This document shows positions 7,701 to 17,418 of a DNA stretch of 51,040 bases, piece after piece. Position 1 is the first letter of the stretch. Every line of letters begins with the position of its first letter. The DNA lies in the IMG/VR virus record IMGVR_UViG_3300020410_000017, positions 1-51,040 of that record; one strand, written 5' to 3'. A program made the position numbers and the translations under genes. This stretch comes from a virus (Duplodnaviria; Caudoviricetes). The notes beneath the pieces are model-generated. The model saw nothing but the letters and a program-made list of their open reading frames with translations. It was not told the origin of the DNA and did not search any database.

Positions 7701-8192
7701 ATGACTGATATTATTGCCATTCGCAATGGTTTAGCGCAGAGGACCGTTGCAAGCAACATTCTACGTCTGCGAAAAATGGGTTACGATGCTCAGCGCATTT
7801 CCGATGAGCTTGATATACCTTTGGACCGTGTTAGTAATATCATAAAAAGTGCGCTCAAGAAACTAACAAAAGAAATGAAGGGTGCCGCCGAGGAAATTCG
7901 ATGCTTGGAATTGTCACGGCTTGATGAAATGCAGACCGCGATCTGGCAAGACTGCATGGACGGCAAACTTACGGCCATTGATCGAGTGTTGAAGATAATG
8001 GAGCGCAGATCCAGGCTTGTTGGGTTGGACGCGCCCGAGCGACTAAATATTAAAACTGATATTAAAATCGAACAAATGAACGAGGCAAAAGATCGATTAA
8101 TGTCAAAAATACTAGACATGGTACCAGAAGATGAGGCAGAAGAACCTGAGCCTGTTATGGTTTTGCCTGCACCAGAGGTAGATGAGGACTGA
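7701..8192 (+). CDS. terS: Terminase small subunit (N-terminal HTH)
   Basis: LRKMGYDAQRISDELDI HTH; AIDRVLKIMERRSRLVGLD motif; directly upstream of terL with TGATG overlap. Confidence 0.8.
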   Translation: MTDIIAIRNGLAQRTVASNILRLRKMGYDAQRISDELDIPLDRVSNIIKSALKKLTKEMKGAAEEIRCLELSRLDEMQTAIWQDCMDGKLTAIDRVLKIMERRSRLVGLDAPERLNIKTDIKIEQMNEAKDRLMSKILDMVPEDEAEEPEPVMVLPAPEVDED

Positions 8193-9544
8193 TGGCAACC
8201 CGTATAAAAAAACCAAAACAAGAAAAGCCGTCCACTATGGAAAAAATCCAGGCGCTTCCCGACCAAACCAAGCGTGAAATCCTTGGAACCCTGACAACCG
8301 AGCAACTCGCAGAGATGGACTACATGTGGGAAATGTGGGCTCGGCCAAAACAAATCATGCCCAAGGGTGATTGGTTTGTATGGCTGATATGTGCAGGCCG
8401 TGGCTTCGGCAAGACCCGCAGCGGCGCTGAGTTTGTTCGCATGATGGTTGAAAAGGGCCGCGCCAAGCGAGTTGCGCTCGTAGGTCGTACCGCTGCGGAC
8501 GTGCGCGATGTTATGATTGAAGGCGAGTCGGGCATCTTGGCGTGCTGCCCGCCCTGGAACCGGCCTGAGTACATTATCACTAAGCGCAGGCTCGTGTGGC
8601 CCAACGGCGCAATGGCGACCACTTACTCGTCCCAGGAGCCCGATATGCTTCGTGGCCCGCAGCATGACTTGGCTTGGTGTGATGAACTCGCAGCGTGGCA
8701 ATATGACGAGACTTTTGATCACTTGAAGCTAGGTTTGCGCTTAGGGCGCAAGCCGCGCATGTGTATAACCACCACACCAAAACCGAGCATGATGATGCGC
8801 CAGCTGTTAAAATCACAAGGCGTGCATGTCACCACCGGCTCGACCTACGAAAACAAAAGCAACTTATCGAATAATTTCTTTCAGGAAGTTGTTGGCAGAT
8901 ACGAGGGCACGTCTTTAGGGCGGCAGGAAATTTACGGTGAGCTTTTAGAAGACCTTCCAGGCTCGCTGTGGCGTTTTTCAACCATTGAACGCGCACGAGT
9001 TTCGAGGCTGCCCGAAATGCGCCGCATCGTAGTTGGCGTTGATCCGGCGATCAAATCAGACAAGGATGAGACCGGCATTGTTGTCTGCGGACTTGGCGAA
9101 GATGGGCATGGCTACATCATCGCTGATCTATCTTGCAAAGAAAGCCCGCAGAACTGGGCTCGAATTGCAATTAACGCTTTTTTTGAGTATGGTGCTGATC
9201 GTATAGTAGCTGAATCAAACCAAGGTGGTATGATGGTCGAAGAGGTAATAAAAACCGCGAACGCCAATGTGCCAGTAAAGTCTGTATGGGCCACTAAATC
9301 AAAAGCATCGCGGGCTGAACCTATTTCTGCTCTTTATGAGCAGCAAAGAGTTTTTCATGTTGGAATCTTCGAGGAGCTTGAAGACCAAATGGTGACCTAT
9401 CAGCCTGGGCAACGGAAATCTCCAGATCGACTGGACGCTATGGTTCACGCAATGACTGAGTTAATGCTGAAGCGAAAAGCACCCCTTGATCTGGCGCAAT
9501 TTAATTGGGGTTTTGGAAAACGCGACAACCCCTGGAGACTTTAA
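8192..9544 (+). CDS. terL: Terminase large subunit
   Basis: Walker A GRGFGKT; LRGPQH..WCDE Walker B; TTTPK; nuclease VGVDPA, ESNQGG, SPDRLDA. Confidence 0.95.
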   Translation: MATRIKKPKQEKPSTMEKIQALPDQTKREILGTLTTEQLAEMDYMWEMWARPKQIMPKGDWFVWLICAGRGFGKTRSGAEFVRMMVEKGRAKRVALVGRTAADVRDVMIEGESGILACCPPWNRPEYIITKRRLVWPNGAMATTYSSQEPDMLRGPQHDLAWCDELAAWQYDETFDHLKLGLRLGRKPRMCITTTPKPSMMMRQLLKSQGVHVTTGSTYENKSNLSNNFFQEVVGRYEGTSLGRQEIYGELLEDLPGSLWRFSTIERARVSRLPEMRRIVVGVDPAIKSDKDETGIVVCGLGEDGHGYIIADLSCKESPQNWARIAINAFFEYGADRIVAESNQGGMMVEEVIKTANANVPVKSVWATKSKASRAEPISALYEQQRVFHVGIFEELEDQMVTYQPGQRKSPDRLDAMVHAMTELMLKRKAPLDLAQFNWGFGKRDNPWRL

Positions 9545-10896
9545 TGCCACGTTCCCCTAATTTGGATGTTTTAGGATATTCCGGCCTCAATCAAACCGGT
9601 GGAAATATTTATGAAGAATGGCTGAATAAGCTATCTGGCGACCGCGCAACCCGAGTATATCAGGAAATGCGCGACAACGACGCAATTATCGGAGCGATTC
9701 TATACGCCATCAAAGCGCTGGTTCGACAAGTCCCGTGGGCGGTTGCGGAAAATCATTCCGGCCACCCGCAGGCCGAACGCGCAGCAGAGTTTTTGCGTGA
9801 GTGCGCGTTTGATGACATGTCGCTGACTTGGGAAGACTTGATATCGGAAATCTTGAGCATGTTGGTTTTTGGGTACTCGGCTTTTGAGATTGTATATAAA
9901 ATCCGGCGCGGCCCCAGCTCTAGGAGTTCTAAGTATAAGTCTAAGTATACAGACGGGCTCATTGGATGGCGAAAGATCGCTATGCGCGGCCAGGATTCAA
10001 TTTCCCGCTGGGAGATTGATGAGGATGGCGGCATCAGGGGTTTTTATCAAAACGGTGGCCCTGATTTTCAGACCGTGTTTATTCCCATGCAAAAAGCACT
10101 GCTGTTTCGGACAGAGGTCAACAAAAACAATCCCGAAGGACGGTCGCTGCTGCGGAACGCCTATCGGTCCTATTTTTTCTTAAAGCGCATCCAGGAACTC
10201 GAAGCCATCGGAATTGAGCGTGAGCTTGCAGGCCTGCCTGTGTTGCAGGTTCCGCCAGAAATCATGATGCCCAATGCAAAGGCGGAGCAAAAAACTCTTC
10301 GCAACAACCTTGAAACTCTAATCCAGCAAATCCGGCGCGACGAACGAGAAGGCGTTTTAATGCCTTCCGAAGTGGACTCTGACAACCGGCCCACAGGGTT
10401 TAAGTTGTCGCTTTTGTCCACCGGTGGCCGCCGTCAAATTGACACCAACGAGACCATTAAGCGGTACGAGTCCCGTATTGCCATGTCTGTACTGGCCGAG
10501 TTTATTTTGCTTGGTACCGACTCCCACGGCTCCTTCGCCCTGGCGTCATCTAAAACTGAGCTTTTTGCTGCGGCACTGGGCGGGATATTGGACTCTATTG
10601 AGGCGGTCATGAATCGGTTTGCCGTTACACGGCTCATGCAGCTTAATCCGGTTTTTCCTCCCGAGGCATGGCCTCGATTTAAGCACGGCGACATTGAAAA
10701 GGCCCCATTGGATGAGATTGGCACTTTTATTCAGCGTGTTGCTGGCGCAAACCTAATCACGCCTGATGCGGCCATTGAGGCAAAAATAAGAGAAATTGCC
10801 GGACTGCCCGAGGCTGGACCCGAAACCGCATTGATTGAAGAAGATGCAGAGGAAGACATGTTGCAGGAGGAAGAAGATGCCCTACAAGACGCCTGA
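9544..10896 (+). CDS. Portal protein (DUF935-like)
   Basis: Follows terL; LVFGYSAFEIVYK, NPEGRSLLRNAYRSY, GIERELAGLP, GSFALA motifs; ATG 9544 overlaps terL stop. Confidence 0.88.
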   Translation: MPRSPNLDVLGYSGLNQTGGNIYEEWLNKLSGDRATRVYQEMRDNDAIIGAILYAIKALVRQVPWAVAENHSGHPQAERAAEFLRECAFDDMSLTWEDLISEILSMLVFGYSAFEIVYKIRRGPSSRSSKYKSKYTDGLIGWRKIAMRGQDSISRWEIDEDGGIRGFYQNGGPDFQTVFIPMQKALLFRTEVNKNNPEGRSLLRNAYRSYFFLKRIQELEAIGIERELAGLPVLQVPPEIMMPNAKAEQKTLRNNLETLIQQIRRDEREGVLMPSEVDSDNRPTGFKLSLLSTGGRRQIDTNETIKRYESRIAMSVLAEFILLGTDSHGSFALASSKTELFAAALGGILDSIEAVMNRFAVTRLMQLNPVFPPEAWPRFKHGDIEKAPLDEIGTFIQRVAGANLITPDAAIEAKIREIAGLPEAGPETALIEEDAEEDMLQEEEDALQDA

Positions 10897-12517
10897 GCAG
10901 GCCTACGCCGTAGCGCGGTCAATGGGATGTGATTCAGTACATAAAATGCCGAACGGGTCATATATGCCCTGTGGCTCGAACGAGGAATATCAGAGGATGA
11001 AAAAAGATGGAATCGATAAGGCGAATAATTCAATACCGCTGCCTGTTGAGAATGCTTTGCGTAGAAAAATGCGATCCCACAACAAAAGGTTCGGAGAGAA
11101 TAAAGAAACTCGTACAACTCTTGGAGCTTTAAAGTCTGTGTACAAGCGCGGGCTCGACACCTATAAGCCTAATCGCGCTCAAACGCCCGAGAAGTGGGCC
11201 ATGGGATATGTCAACTCATACCTGAACCGGCTCGGCCCAAAAAAAATGGAAAAAACCAGCGATATTTTTAAGGCCCGTGAGGCATTCAATGGACTCTACC
11301 CGCTCATGGTTTCCGCAGACGGCCAGCACCCGTCCGAGGCTCGCTCATGGCAAGACTTTGTGATGCTTGCGAAGTCCTGCACAAAAGCCTTCGCGAGCAT
11401 TGATGATAGGCCATTTTTTATTTTCAATCGAGCCCCTCAAATTGTGCTGAAGGTAGACGAGAAGAAAAATCATTCTTTATTTCCTGGGAAGCACCGATAC
11501 CGTCTTGTGGACAACGAGGGCAACACCATTGAAACGGGCTGGGTTGATGAAGACTTTAGTATAGCGGATCATGTTAGGGTTGATGGGGTTGATGAGGAAA
11601 TTACATCGGTAACAAGCACCACACTAACCGACGAAGACAGCATTATCGAAGATATTGCAACCGTTATCTCAGAGGCAACGACGACAGAAGAATATTTGGG
11701 CGGAATTATTCCCAACAAGGTTGAAAAAAACGCCACCATTGTCTTTTTGTCTTTGATGCCGACTCTTGACGAGAAAAACGCAGGCCGTGCTCTTGCTGGC
11801 AGTATTGAGAAGAATTTGACGGAACAAATTATTGACCCCATTGAGGCTGACTTGTCCCAGGTAAGCTTTGTCAACATTGTCCCTTTTGAGACCCTTGATG
11901 CAGGCGGAAAGAGATCTACCCCCTCTCGGGAACTTGTCGAGCAATGGTCACCGGTGGTGCTTGACGCCATTGGCAAAGCCGACCACCGCGCCGTTGTTGT
12001 GGCGCTGGGCAAGGACACCGCAGAGCATTACGCCGATGTGGTTGATTTTGTTATGCCGCACCCATTTTCAAAGTCCAAATACAGCCTTCCTCGAAAAGTC
12101 GAAGAGCTTAAAAAAACATATTCCAGCAAGTTTGATCGACAGGTTAAAATTGCCAAAAGCGACATTGACAGACGTTTAGTTTACGGTGTTGTTTTGGAGC
12201 CAGAAGTAATTGATGCACATAATGACATTGTTTCGATTGACGAAATCGAAAACGCAGCGCATAATTACCTCATAAAGTCTCGAATGATTGGCGATCAGCA
12301 CAGCAAGCCAGCCAAAGCAGACATAGTAGAAAGTTACATTGCACCCGCCGATCTGGATATAGGTGGTCAGCAAATCAAAAAAGGCTCTTGGGTCATGGTT
12401 ACGAAAGTACACGATGACAACATGTGGAGCGGGATCAAGAAGGGTGCCTATACAGGTTACTCTATTGGTGGCTACGCAGTAAAAGAGCCGATTGAAGACG
12501 GGCGTTTAGCACAGTAA
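10877..12517 (+). CDS. Multidomain prohead protease: DUF3721-like + DUF5824-like + degenerate UDG-like + XkdF-like serine protease
   Basis: C-terminal RLVYGVVLEP...DQH...VESYIAP...GSWV...GYSIGG (XkdF-like); AGGAGG RBS before ATG 10877. Confidence 0.8.
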   Translation: MPYKTPEQAYAVARSMGCDSVHKMPNGSYMPCGSNEEYQRMKKDGIDKANNSIPLPVENALRRKMRSHNKRFGENKETRTTLGALKSVYKRGLDTYKPNRAQTPEKWAMGYVNSYLNRLGPKKMEKTSDIFKAREAFNGLYPLMVSADGQHPSEARSWQDFVMLAKSCTKAFASIDDRPFFIFNRAPQIVLKVDEKKNHSLFPGKHRYRLVDNEGNTIETGWVDEDFSIADHVRVDGVDEEITSVTSTTLTDEDSIIEDIATVISEATTTEEYLGGIIPNKVEKNATIVFLSLMPTLDEKNAGRALAGSIEKNLTEQIIDPIEADLSQVSFVNIVPFETLDAGGKRSTPSRELVEQWSPVVLDAIGKADHRAVVVALGKDTAEHYADVVDFVMPHPFSKSKYSLPRKVEELKKTYSSKFDRQVKIAKSDIDRRLVYGVVLEPEVIDAHNDIVSIDEIENAAHNYLIKSRMIGDQHSKPAKADIVESYIAPADLDIGGQQIKKGSWVMVTKVHDDNMWSGIKKGAYTGYSIGGYAVKEPIEDGRLAQ

Positions 12518-12536
12518 GCCTGCGGTAATCATAAAA

Positions 12537-12561
12537 TTACTAATTGCGAGCGTGTCTATTT
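12537..12561 (+). promoter_or_regulatory. Candidate late promoter TTAC-N12-TGTCTATTT
   Basis: Same spaced motif at 20389-20413; both lie in intergenic gaps upstream of abundant structural genes. Confidence 0.4.
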
Positions 12562-12582
12562 TAGACAGTGCTAGGAGTTCTT

Positions 12583-13437
12583 ATGACAATTAAACGATTA
12601 AAAGAACTGGAAACCCACGAGGTTAGCTTGGTCGATAGGCCTGCAAACCGTCGTACGTTTTTAGTTCTGAAAAACGAAACCTCTCTTGAAGGAGAAAAAG
12701 ACATGGAAGATAAAATTCTTAGTCTTCTGGATACGCCCTTTGAAAACGAAGAGCAGTATTTAGAGACACTGAAGAAGAATGAAATGTCTGATGACGCCGT
12801 CCAGGCCATCGCGGCTGCAATGCGACTTTTGAAGCCTCACCAGGAAACACTTACCGGTGAGAATATCAATGTCGTAAAGGAGTTATTGGGCATTGAAGAA
12901 GAAGCGCCAGTTGTCGAGAGCAACGAAACAGATAATGATACCGAACTCAATATTGAGAAAGTACCAGAAGATGTTCGTGCTCAGGTGGAGGGCCTTTTTA
13001 AAAGTCAATCTGAGGCCATTCAAAAGGCTGAGGAACTGGAAAAGGAAATCAATGTGATGAAGGCCGAAAAAAATCGGGCTGAGTTCATTGAAAAGGCTGA
13101 GAGCAATTTCGGCAGCGTTCCTGGAACCACTGCTGTTGACCTTGGGGTTTTGCTCCAAGAGCTGACGGTTGCGGCACCGGAAGCGGCTGGAAAAATTGAA
13201 GCCATCCTGGAATCCGTAAACAAAGCAATGGAAACCTCTGAAGTGCTGGAAGAAGCCGGTCAAGCGACCGTCGAAGAAACCGGCTCTGCATGGGACAAAG
13301 TTGAGGCGCGTGCTGCCGAATTGCGAAAGGCCAATCCTGATCTTTCTGTATATCAAGCTCGGGCAAAGGTGCTGGAAGGCAACTCTGAACTTTTTCAAGC
13401 TTATAACAATGAATTTGAGTCCAACAAAAGGAGCTAA
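12583..13437 (+). CDS. Capsid scaffolding protein with N-terminal protease segment (EVSLVDRPAN); probable nested start at 12703
   Basis: Acidic coiled coil upstream of capsid genes; AGGAG RBS before both ATG 12583 and ATG 12703. Confidence 0.78.
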   Translation: MTIKRLKELETHEVSLVDRPANRRTFLVLKNETSLEGEKDMEDKILSLLDTPFENEEQYLETLKKNEMSDDAVQAIAAAMRLLKPHQETLTGENINVVKELLGIEEEAPVVESNETDNDTELNIEKVPEDVRAQVEGLFKSQSEAIQKAEELEKEINVMKAEKNRAEFIEKAESNFGSVPGTTAVDLGVLLQELTVAAPEAAGKIEAILESVNKAMETSEVLEEAGQATVEETGSAWDKVEARAAELRKANPDLSVYQARAKVLEGNSELFQAYNNEFESNKRS

Positions 13438-13439
13438 TT

Positions 13440-13823
13440 ATGGCAACTCAAGAAAGTTTAACGTGTATTACGCTTGAAGCAGGCGCAGACCTCTCCGGCG
13501 ATCAATACAAATTGGTAACCCTTAGTGCTGGCAAGGCTGTTCTTTGCTCAGCGGCAACTGATGCCCCAGTCGGCGTGCTGCAAAACAAGCCTGCCTCTGG
13601 GCAAGCTGCAACCGTGTGCATTAGCGGAGCGTCAAAGCTTCTCGCTGGCGGAACCATCGCTTCTGGCGACCTGGTGGGCACTGATGCGTCTGGAACGGCA
13701 GACAAGAAAATTGCTGGCACTGACACCACGGAATATGTCGTAGGCCGAGCCCTTACAGGCGGAGCGTCTGGTGAAGTTCTCACCGCTTTGATCAACACTG
13801 AAGCACCTCACCGTGCCTCATAG
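13440..13823 (+). CDS. Capsid decoration/cement protein (DUF2190-like)
   Basis: Gly/Ala-rich 127 aa; GVLQNKP...GGTIASGDLV...GRAL; directly before the MCP. Confidence 0.75.
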   Translation: MATQESLTCITLEAGADLSGDQYKLVTLSAGKAVLCSAATDAPVGVLQNKPASGQAATVCISGASKLLAGGTIASGDLVGTDASGTADKKIAGTDTTEYVVGRALTGGASGEVLTALINTEAPHRAS

Positions 13824-13838
13824 AAAGGAGTACATAAC

Positions 13839-14816
13839 ATGCCTTTACCTACTGCAAGTGATGTACATGTAAATGCGGCGCTGTCGAATATCAGCATCGC
13901 GTATATGCAAGAGGCTGCTGGTTTTGTGGCCGATAAAGTGTTTCCAGTCGTTCCTGTTCAAAGACAGGGTGATCGGTATTTTGTTTATAACCGTGGTGAC
14001 TTGCTGCGCTCTGAAGCTCAGTTGCGTGCTCCTGGCACCGAGTCTGCTGGTGGTGGTTTCCGTTTGGACAACACTTCTTCGTATTTCTGCGAAGTATACG
14101 CCATCCACAAAAACATTGATGACCAAGTTCGCGCTAACGCTGATGCAGCCGTTAATGTTGAGGCTGACTCAGCACGTTACGTAACTCAACAATTGATGAT
14201 GAAGCGTGACCGTGTGTGGGCTGATGGCTTCTTCAAGACTGGTATCTGGGATATCGATCTTGACGGCGTTACTGGTGTTCCTGGCGCTGGCGAATTCAAG
14301 CGTTGGGACGAATCTGGCGCTACGCCAATCGACAACATCATGCAACAATCAGAAGCAATCATGGAAAAAACTGGTAAGCGACCCAACACCTTGGTGCTGT
14401 CCGCTCCCGTTTACCGTGGTCTTCGTAACAACGATCAAGTTCTTGAGCGCATCAAGTATACTCAGCGTGGCATTGTCACCACTGATATCCTGGCTGCATT
14501 GTTGGACTTGGACAAAGTTATCGTTGCCTCTGCTACGAATAACACCGCCGCTGAAGGCGCTGCGACTGCAACGAGTTTTATTCTCGGAAACAGCGCGTTG
14601 TTGACCTACTCAGCTCCAAACCCAAGCCTGTTGACGCCTTCTGGCGGGTACATGTTCTCCTGGAACGGCTTGACTGGCGCTGGCCCTGAAGGCAACCGCA
14701 TCAAGCGTTATCGCATGGAGCACCTCGCTGCCGACCGCATCGAAGGCGAAATGGCTTTTGACGCAAAATTGGTTGCGACCGAATGTGGCGCTTTCTTTGA
14801 AGACGCTGTAAGCTAA
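13839..14816 (+). CDS. Major capsid protein
   Basis: 325 aa; DVHVNAALSNISIAY, FVADKVFPVVPV, TGKRPNTLVL; synteny; AGGAG RBS. Confidence 0.88.
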   Translation: MPLPTASDVHVNAALSNISIAYMQEAAGFVADKVFPVVPVQRQGDRYFVYNRGDLLRSEAQLRAPGTESAGGGFRLDNTSSYFCEVYAIHKNIDDQVRANADAAVNVEADSARYVTQQLMMKRDRVWADGFFKTGIWDIDLDGVTGVPGAGEFKRWDESGATPIDNIMQQSEAIMEKTGKRPNTLVLSAPVYRGLRNNDQVLERIKYTQRGIVTTDILAALLDLDKVIVASATNNTAAEGAATATSFILGNSALLTYSAPNPSLLTPSGGYMFSWNGLTGAGPEGNRIKRYRMEHLAADRIEGEMAFDAKLVATECGAFFEDAVS

Positions 14817-14823
14817 TCAAAAC

Positions 14824-14858
14824 ACGGTCCTCCTTTTTCATGAGGGGGGCCGTCCTTT
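14824..14858 (+). terminator. Hairpin after the MCP (terminator or stabiliser)
   Basis: ACGGTCCTCCT-loop-AGGGGGGCCGT with a weak T tail. Confidence 0.55.
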
Positions 14859-14870
14859 AAGGAGCCGAAC

Positions 14871-15203
14871 ATGTACAAAGCTTTAAGAACTTTGAAAATT
14901 AACGGTCAGATGGTTTACCTTGGCGATAACTTGCCAGAAAATGCATCCGATTTTATTGATGTTGACGTATTCGTCACCAAGGGCTGGATTGAAGTCGCAG
15001 GCGAAGTTAAGACTAAGCCCGCTGTAAACAAGACCACCACGGGAAAAGTAGACATTGTTGACGCAATGCCCCCCACCAACCACTCCAAGAAAAAGAAAAA
15101 GACAAAGAAAAAAATCAGCTCTATTCTTTCTTCTAAAACCAAAGAGCCTGTTGTTGAGAGCACGCTTGAGGCTGCTGTTTTACCAAAGCCTGATATGGAT
15201 TAA
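14871..15203 (+). CDS. Hypothetical head-associated protein, Lys-rich C-terminus
   Basis: 110 aa; AAGGAG RBS; position after MCP. Confidence 0.7.
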   Translation: MYKALRTLKINGQMVYLGDNLPENASDFIDVDVFVTKGWIEVAGEVKTKPAVNKTTTGKVDIVDAMPPTNHSKKKKKTKKKISSILSSKTKEPVVESTLEAAVLPKPDMD

Positions 15204-15205
15204 AA

Positions 15206-15634
15206 ATGGCCTTCACATACACGTCTGATCCTGAAAACTCTAAACGCGATGCTGTTAGACTTCTTACGGGCGACACGGACAGTGCGGACGCTCTTTTGCA
15301 GGATAGCGAAGTGGATTATTTCCTTTCGCTATACTCCGATACGGTTTATCCGGCAGCGGCGGCAGCGTGTGACGCGATCTCGTCGAAGTATGCGCGTCAA
15401 GCGGACACGACTAATGGTCGCCTTTCAGTCAGGGCCTCGCAAAGATCGTATGCTTACGCGCAAAAAGCCAAAGAGCTAAGACGCGACACCCTACTGGGCG
15501 CAGAAGTATTTGCTGGCGGCCTGACGATTTCAGGCAAGAACACGCTTGACGACGACACTGATGCCGTACAGCCTGCCTTTAGCGTGGGCATGGACGATTA
15601 TGACTCCGCCGACAACACCGACGAGGATTGCTAA
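15206..15634 (+). CDS. Head-tail adaptor
   Basis: RDAVRLLTGDTD..LLQDSEVDYFL motif; synteny. Confidence 0.75.
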   Translation: MAFTYTSDPENSKRDAVRLLTGDTDSADALLQDSEVDYFLSLYSDTVYPAAAAACDAISSKYARQADTTNGRLSVRASQRSYAYAQKAKELRRDTLLGAEVFAGGLTISGKNTLDDDTDAVQPAFSVGMDDYDSADNTDEDC

Positions 15635-15963
15635 TGGCCGATCCGCAACTCGCAGGGCAATTCAAGCAAACTATGTACTATGCGGCCCCTACAGGGGTTG
15701 GCGCTGATGGGGAGCTGACCTATGGCCGATCTTTTCCTATGCCAGCTCGCGTAGAGCCTGTCGAGCGAACCCGCGAGCTTGGGCGAGGTACGCGACTTGA
15801 TACAACTTACAGGGTTTACACTGAGACCGAAATAAAAATGGATTATCGAGTATGGCTCCCTGGCACGTTGCCACTGAATGCCACCTTGGCCCGCCGCCCA
15901 AAATTCATACTAGAGCTGGTTGATGAAAACGGTGATTTGGACCATTACGAAATAGAGGTCTAA
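15634..15963 (+). CDS. Head closure/stopper protein
   Basis: Beta-rich ~109 aa protein after the adaptor; synteny. Confidence 0.6.
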   Translation: MADPQLAGQFKQTMYYAAPTGVGADGELTYGRSFPMPARVEPVERTRELGRGTRLDTTYRVYTETEIKMDYRVWLPGTLPLNATLARRPKFILELVDENGDLDHYEIEV

Positions 15964-16434
15964 ATGCTTAAATTTGACGCCAGTGATTTCCTGTCTAAGA
16001 CCAACAAGATCGCAGAAAATCTTGAGAAATCATCCGAGGAGATAACGCATTTTGGCGCACTAGAGGTTTGGCGTAAATCCCAGCAAATAGTTCCCGTTGA
16101 TACGAGGCTGTTAAAGTCAACTGGGTATTTGGCGACCAGGGCCACCGGCACTCGCGCTACGGTCGAGATTGGATATGGCGGCCCTGTTGCTGGCTTTGAG
16201 GACGACTATGTTTTTTATGCGGCCACACAGGAGAGAAACCGTAAGTATCTGGCGAATTCTGTGAGCAACGAAATATTTAAGCGCGGCCTTGTCAGCGCAA
16301 TAAAAACTTTTCTTCGCAAGCCATCGCAAGTGTTTTTTCACCGTCAAGAGAATCCTCCGTATGACTCCCAGAGCAATAACCGATCACAGGCCCTGGTTGT
16401 CAAAAAGGCGCAGCAAGACGGTAGAGAGGTCTAA
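15964..16434 (+). CDS. Neck/tail completion protein (HK97 gp10-like)
   Basis: SQQIVPVDTRLLKST...YAATQE..RKYL motif. Confidence 0.7.
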   Translation: MLKFDASDFLSKTNKIAENLEKSSEEITHFGALEVWRKSQQIVPVDTRLLKSTGYLATRATGTRATVEIGYGGPVAGFEDDYVFYAATQERNRKYLANSVSNEIFKRGLVSAIKTFLRKPSQVFFHRQENPPYDSQSNNRSQALVVKKAQQDGREV

Positions 16435-16436
16435 AA

Positions 16437-17165
16437 ATGCCAACACCTGATTTAGATTTAGCAACGCACCTCGACACCCAGTCGGTGGGCACCCTGGGCA
16501 CGGACATTTTTCGTGGGCCTGTTAGGGCACCGTCAGAATACATACCGGACAGAGGGATCTTTTGCTTCACCCAGAGCGGTCCACCGCCGATTCCGCTTTT
16601 TGGCGCGGCAAAAACAGATGTTCGCGAGGCTCGGGTCAGCATTTACATACGTGGAAACATTGGTACTTATTCGGCCACTGCTTCGCTTGCTCGAATCGTT
16701 TATGACGCCGTGGAGCGAGCATCTATTGCTGGTTATGTTTCTGTTTTGTCTGGCGCTTCAGAGCCGCTGTACATTGGGCTTGATCCCACCGAGCATCCCG
16801 TATTCAATCTCGACGTTATGATGATCTATTCAAGCGATGGAACGTCCAACCCGATCCCGTCTTACGCGCTGGAAACAATAGATGTTACCAATGCAATGTC
16901 GCCATACGCCGTTAAGGTTTCCGATAGGATACTTAGCTGTCAGACCTCAACTGGCGCGATCACTCTGCAATTACCTGCCGCAAATTTTGCTGGCGACGGA
17001 AAGCTGTATATAATGAAGGACGAAGATGGGAGCGCAGCGACGAACAACATCACTATTTTGCCTGCTGCGGGCGAAACGATAGATGGCGAGGCATCTCTTG
17101 TCGTAAGCAACGACGATGGATCTGTTTCTATCTATTCTAATGGTGAGAACTTCTTTATTTTCTAG
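16437..17165 (+). CDS. Tail terminator with C-terminal fibre-like beta domain
   Basis: N-terminal LGTDIF.G terminator-like region; C-terminal ITLQLPAA...IMKDEDG.A..NNITI...ETIDG module as in phage fibre proteins. Confidence 0.6.
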   Translation: MPTPDLDLATHLDTQSVGTLGTDIFRGPVRAPSEYIPDRGIFCFTQSGPPPIPLFGAAKTDVREARVSIYIRGNIGTYSATASLARIVYDAVERASIAGYVSVLSGASEPLYIGLDPTEHPVFNLDVMMIYSSDGTSNPIPSYALETIDVTNAMSPYAVKVSDRILSCQTSTGAITLQLPAANFAGDGKLYIMKDEDGSAATNNITILPAAGETIDGEASLVVSNDDGSVSIYSNGENFFIF

Positions 17166-17172
17166 GTGAAAA

Positions 17173-17418
17173 ATGTCTTACTTAATTGGAAAATCTATGG
17201 CGAAGCCTGATAATGTACAAACCGGTGACATTCCGGTTTTTGATGACTCGGGCAACGTGCAAAGCCTCTCCCCAACCGAAACCTACATTGAAACAAAGCC
17301 AACCCCCACGTCCCCTGGCGTCAGGGGGCAGCAATATTTTGACGGAGTTCATATTTATGTCTGTGTGGCTGAAAACATGTGGCGACGGTATCACGTGGAG
17401 GCAGAGTGGGATAGCTGA
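17173..17418 (+). CDS. Small virion-associated protein
   Basis: PTSPGVRGQQYFDGVHIYVCVAENMWRR motif common in phage tail-associated proteins. Confidence 0.6.
   Translation: MSYLIGKSMAKPDNVQTGDIPVFDDSGNVQSLSPTETYIETKPTPTSPGVRGQQYFDGVHIYVCVAENMWRRYHVEAEWDS

Noticed and set aside
7790-8722. 310-aa antisense ORF
   Set aside because: Fully overlaps terS/terL on the opposite strand and has no recognisable motifs; shadow ORF.
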